Shown in pieces: positions 60,353 through 64,000 of a DNA stretch of 64,000 bases. A program made the translations under genes and the position numbers. Within the stretch, counting starts at the first letter, position 1. Each line of letters opens with the position of its first letter. The notes beneath the pieces are model-generated. The model was given only the letters and a program-made list of their open reading frames with translations. It searched no databases and was not told where the DNA came from. Source of the DNA: Convolutriloba macropyga (taxonomy: Eukaryota). The DNA is taken from positions 43,772,001 through 43,836,000 of the forward strand of contig NC_134469.1 in NCBI RefSeq assembly GCF_964194025.1. The letters run 5' to 3'.

Positions 60353-60520
60353 ATTGAATTAACCATTAGATTGAATTAACCGTGAATTACCGTGGATTGA
60401 ATTAACCATCAGAGATTACACGCTCTGTCAGAAGATTGAATAGAGGATTGAATTAACCATCGGATGTGTTTACGATGAGATGGAATTAACCGTCAGTGTG
60501 ACGTGATGGTTAATTCAATC
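60353..60520. repeat. Cluster of gattgaattaacc direct and inverted repeats
   Basis: About 5 direct copies and one inverted copy (ggttaattcaatc at ~60508). Confidence 0.7.
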
Positions 60521-62065
60521 TTCTTCTATTTTACCATAGTTAGCATTATAATACTTTATCGAGAGTGGTGCGCAGTATTTCATATCCCTTTGATATTTCA
60601 GGTAGCCAATGATTTTCCGGTACCGAGTACAGATCTCCAAAAAACGACAGACAGTGTATTGATGGCCTGAGGAGGAGGGGGAGGAGGGGGGCGTAATAGG
60701 AGATACAGGGATCCAAAATTTTGTACTTATATTCTATTTTTACTCTCTGACTATATTTGGAGAACTGACAAGAGCGTGTGAACCTGGAATTTCCACGATT
60801 TCGATTCAACCGTAGCTTTTTCCTGTTGGAAGCATTACACACTCACTAAACAACGTAGAGATTCGTGATTAAACGGTTTTAAGGCTCATGAGATAATTCA
60901 TTCCAGAATCTCACCTCTGCAGAGAACTTTTTCCCTTTTGTATAACATATGCAAAGTACTGGACAGTCAAATAGTTTGATTGCAATTCTGTCTTAAACAC
61001 GAGTTATGGTCTCCTAATTAACTGCAGGTATAACCACAATTATGGTCTCCAGTTTCATTAAATGATAATTTTCGATATTTGCACTTAGTCTCCTTTCAAT
61101 TTTGCAGATATGACACTGATGTTCTAACTTCCGATGCTGTAGCTATAGCTTGTCAGTATAGTTTGAGAGCAGTTCGCCCGACATTATGCTAATTTTATTG
61201 AATAGTTCAAATTTAGAGTATTTTAGATTTGCCAAGGTTAAACAAATTTTTCGTGCATGACAACAAGTGCCGGTTATGGTTGATTATTCTCGAATTGTCT
61301 TTGATCAGTTTGTTGTCGGCCCCTTTAATATAATTCAGAGAATCCTGAATGCTTTGCAATGATTCTTGGCCGACTCTGGCTCTCTGGCCAATTTACCGTA
61401 TTCGAAACTTTCACACACATTTGCAACATTTCTTGAGATGTTTGATGCAATTTGTCACCATGCTGAGGAAGTGGAGAGAGCACGCGGTGGGTTTGAGAAG
61501 ATGGCTGAAAGATGTGGTGGATGTGAACAATGTGGGAAAAGTCTGTCTCTATCGCAACAGAAGATGCAGGAGAGTCCAGCAGATACGGGGAATTAAATCT
61601 AGTGTTTTAAAAGTTACAAACGCAGACATTTAACTCAATAACTTCATCCTCCTTGCAACTTCATCATTTAGCTCAATATATGCATGTTTAATATATATGT
61701 TTATTTTCAATTCACTTCTACTTCACTTTGCTTCATTTTACTTCACTTAGAGAAGCGGTTTAGTAAATTACATGTAAATGCGGGAAAATGAGTGCAAAAT
61801 GAGAGTGGTTCTTTTCAAGTGCGCTTAGTTCACACAAATCCAGCGTGGGTTTGCATCATACTCAGACAAAGAGAAGCGAGGGCATTTACATGTACATGTA
61901 GAGGACAGAATGTGTAATAAAGCGTTCATGCAAAGTAAAGAATGTGAAATAAAATGATCATGCAGCTTAGCATGGAATTGAACAGAATGTTCCGCAAAAG
62001 GACAGTTAGGTACCCTGATATGAATTCTGCATATGGTATAAAGTGCCATGATCCGAATGCTGGCA

Positions 62066-62265
62066 NNNNNNNNNNNNNNNNNNNNNNNNNNNNNNNNNNN
62101 NNNNNNNNNNNNNNNNNNNNNNNNNNNNNNNNNNNNNNNNNNNNNNNNNNNNNNNNNNNNNNNNNNNNNNNNNNNNNNNNNNNNNNNNNNNNNNNNNNNN
62201 NNNNNNNNNNNNNNNNNNNNNNNNNNNNNNNNNNNNNNNNNNNNNNNNNNNNNNNNNNNNNNNNN
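62066..62265. other. Assembly gap (200 N)
   Basis: Run of N. Confidence 1.
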
Positions 62266-62806
62266 AGCGATGAATGCAGTGAAAAAAAATTTTAAGCGGT
62301 GGAAAATATGTCAGCGCTTTTAGCGGTGAAAATAAATTTTTCACCGCTACAGGCAGGATGCGATGAAAAAAATTTTCACCGCTACCAGCATAATGTGGTG
62401 AAGAAAAATTTTCACCGCTACCAGCAGAATGCGGTGATAAAAAATTTTTCACCGCTAAAATCTCAAATCTTACAAATATTCACCGCGCTAATTTCAACGC
62501 TTATCTTATATTCACAGGAAATATAACAGAGGTACGTGACAGACGGCGCAGTGGATTACGAAGTTGGTGACACGCATGAGGTAGAGTTTCGAACCCTTGT
62601 ACGGCAGTTTCTTTTTTGTAAGAATTCCGGTGAATGCGGTGAAAAAAAATTTTAACCGCAAAATTCAACCCAATTCTTACAAAAATTCGTTGCTTTCAGC
62701 GCATTCAACGCTAAAAGATGCGGGCGCTTTGCGGTGAAAAAAGTTTTTTTCACTGCTATTCACCGCTAATCTTACATTATGTTTTGACAAAACCTCGACC
62801 CGAGTC
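62266..62806. mobile_element. Partial DNA-element copy rich in gcggtgaaaa/ttttcaccgc, ending ctcgacccgagt
   Basis: Terminus matches the family at 21648-23234; left part is lost in the gap. Confidence 0.5.
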
Positions 62807-64000
62807 GCCTAAATGATGACAACATCCTGAAAAAGAGTTTTAAGCCAGTACAAAAAGCATTACACATACAAAATCTTTGGAAGTCCTAATTGGAAACTAA
62901 AAATGAATCAACTCGTAATTAATGGTAGATTGACAATCATTTATGAAAAAATAGTTGTGACATTTAATAATTTAAAATGTGGTTGAAAAAACTCGTAACC
63001 TACTGAGTTCAAAACCAATTTATTGATAAAAAGTCTATGCCTTAACGTCTTCTCAAATCTTGAAGAGGATTTTACTACCACTGAAGAGTCAGAAATTGAA
63101 AAAAAAAATGAAAAAGAAGTCAATTGAATTGACAAAATTTGCAAATTGTATTGAAAAAGTAACTGTCTGTTGTGATACCAATATCTCCATTTTTTTCTTT
63201 CACTATTGGAAAAACCTGAAAAGGAGTAGAGTTTCAGACCATGAATACGAACGTTTCTTTCTTTAGAACTCTCTATTGCTTCTTGCGAACGAATCACTGA
63301 ATCAACGAAAACAAGGCAATAGCTCAAACTGAATTAAGTGTCCATAACTGTTATGGTTTCCAAGTAAAACTTTTAACTCACATATCGAGGCCGAGGATCA
63401 ATTAAAAAGACACTAGCCTTGAACTCCGAACAAGTTCCAAATTTATGTGGATTCATTTATGGAAAGATGATATTCGTATTATATAATAGATTACCTTATT
63501 TATTTTTCGAAATTTTGTTTTATTATTACAAGAACGAGAAATCGTGTTCTATGATGGACGATTTGTTAATGTTCATGAATAACCCACAATCACATCAGCC
63601 AAAATTGGCTGAAAACATGAACTGAAGGGCAAAAATTTTTGCTATAAAACCAAGATCGAAAAACTTGAACTTGATCAAAAAAACTTACAAGTCCGAATTG
63701 ATGTTCAAGAGCCATCAGTCTAAAAGATAAGCAAGGCATTTGCAATCCACCATTTGATGCACAACGGAGCAACAGCGTACTTCTTAACAACTTTTGGTTC
63801 TTTAAAAAATCTTTTGGAATCGAAATCCACGGAACCAAATTAAAAGCAAGTCATATACTCCCGGGGATTGGAAACGATTATGTCTTGCCATCAGTTATCA
63901 TCGAATTCTTCAACTTTGACGATAAGAAGTTTATAAGTAACGCAAACAAATAAAGAATAGCAAAAACGAGTAGAACGTTCAAAACATCAACATTAAAAAG

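Noticed and set aside
61339-61600. GC-richer block with ORFs in several frames (CxxCxxC)
   Set aside because: It could be an exon, but I could not fix strand, frame or splice sites, and there is no recognisable domain.
61954-62452. ORFs spanning the N run
   Set aside because: Artefacts of the assembly gap.
62538-62617. tRNA gene candidate (GGCGCAGTGG ... TTCGAACCC, T-run)
   Set aside because: Box-like motifs are present but I could not build a cloverleaf; it is embedded in a repeat and is at most a tRNA-derived relic.

Overview
AT-rich eukaryotic, probably animal, genomic DNA with spliceosomal GT-AG introns, many decayed repeats and one 200-N gap. The main feature is a complete 15,619-bp Polinton/Maverick (adintovirus-like) element at 35340-50958. 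It has 5'-AGT...ACT-3' ends, ~131-bp terminal inverted repeats (TIRs) and a perfect 6-bp target-site duplication (TSD, ATGGCA). It encodes a frameshifted protein-primed PolB, a DDE integrase, major and minor capsid proteins, a cysteine protease fused to a packaging ATPase, a second frameshifted A32-like ATPase with hydrophobic segments, and several accessory proteins. Unusual traits of the element: (1) each terminus is itself a 78-79 nt fold-back hairpin; (2) the non-polymerase part carries about 25 GC-rich GNA-triloop mini-hairpins with interchangeable stems, many in-frame inside genes; (3) one membrane protein begins with tandem PTAP and LYPDL ESCRT late-domain motifs; (4) most genes start with TATA-(A-rich)-ATG; (5) two paralogous structured tRNA/Pol III-like units lie near the right end. 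Host features are a 4-exon METTL27-like methyltransferase gene (minus strand, 1492-9772), a triplicated 1.46-kb unit with a transmembrane exon, LINE/SINE/MITE remnants and minisatellites. All family calls come from manual motif recognition; no database searches were run.
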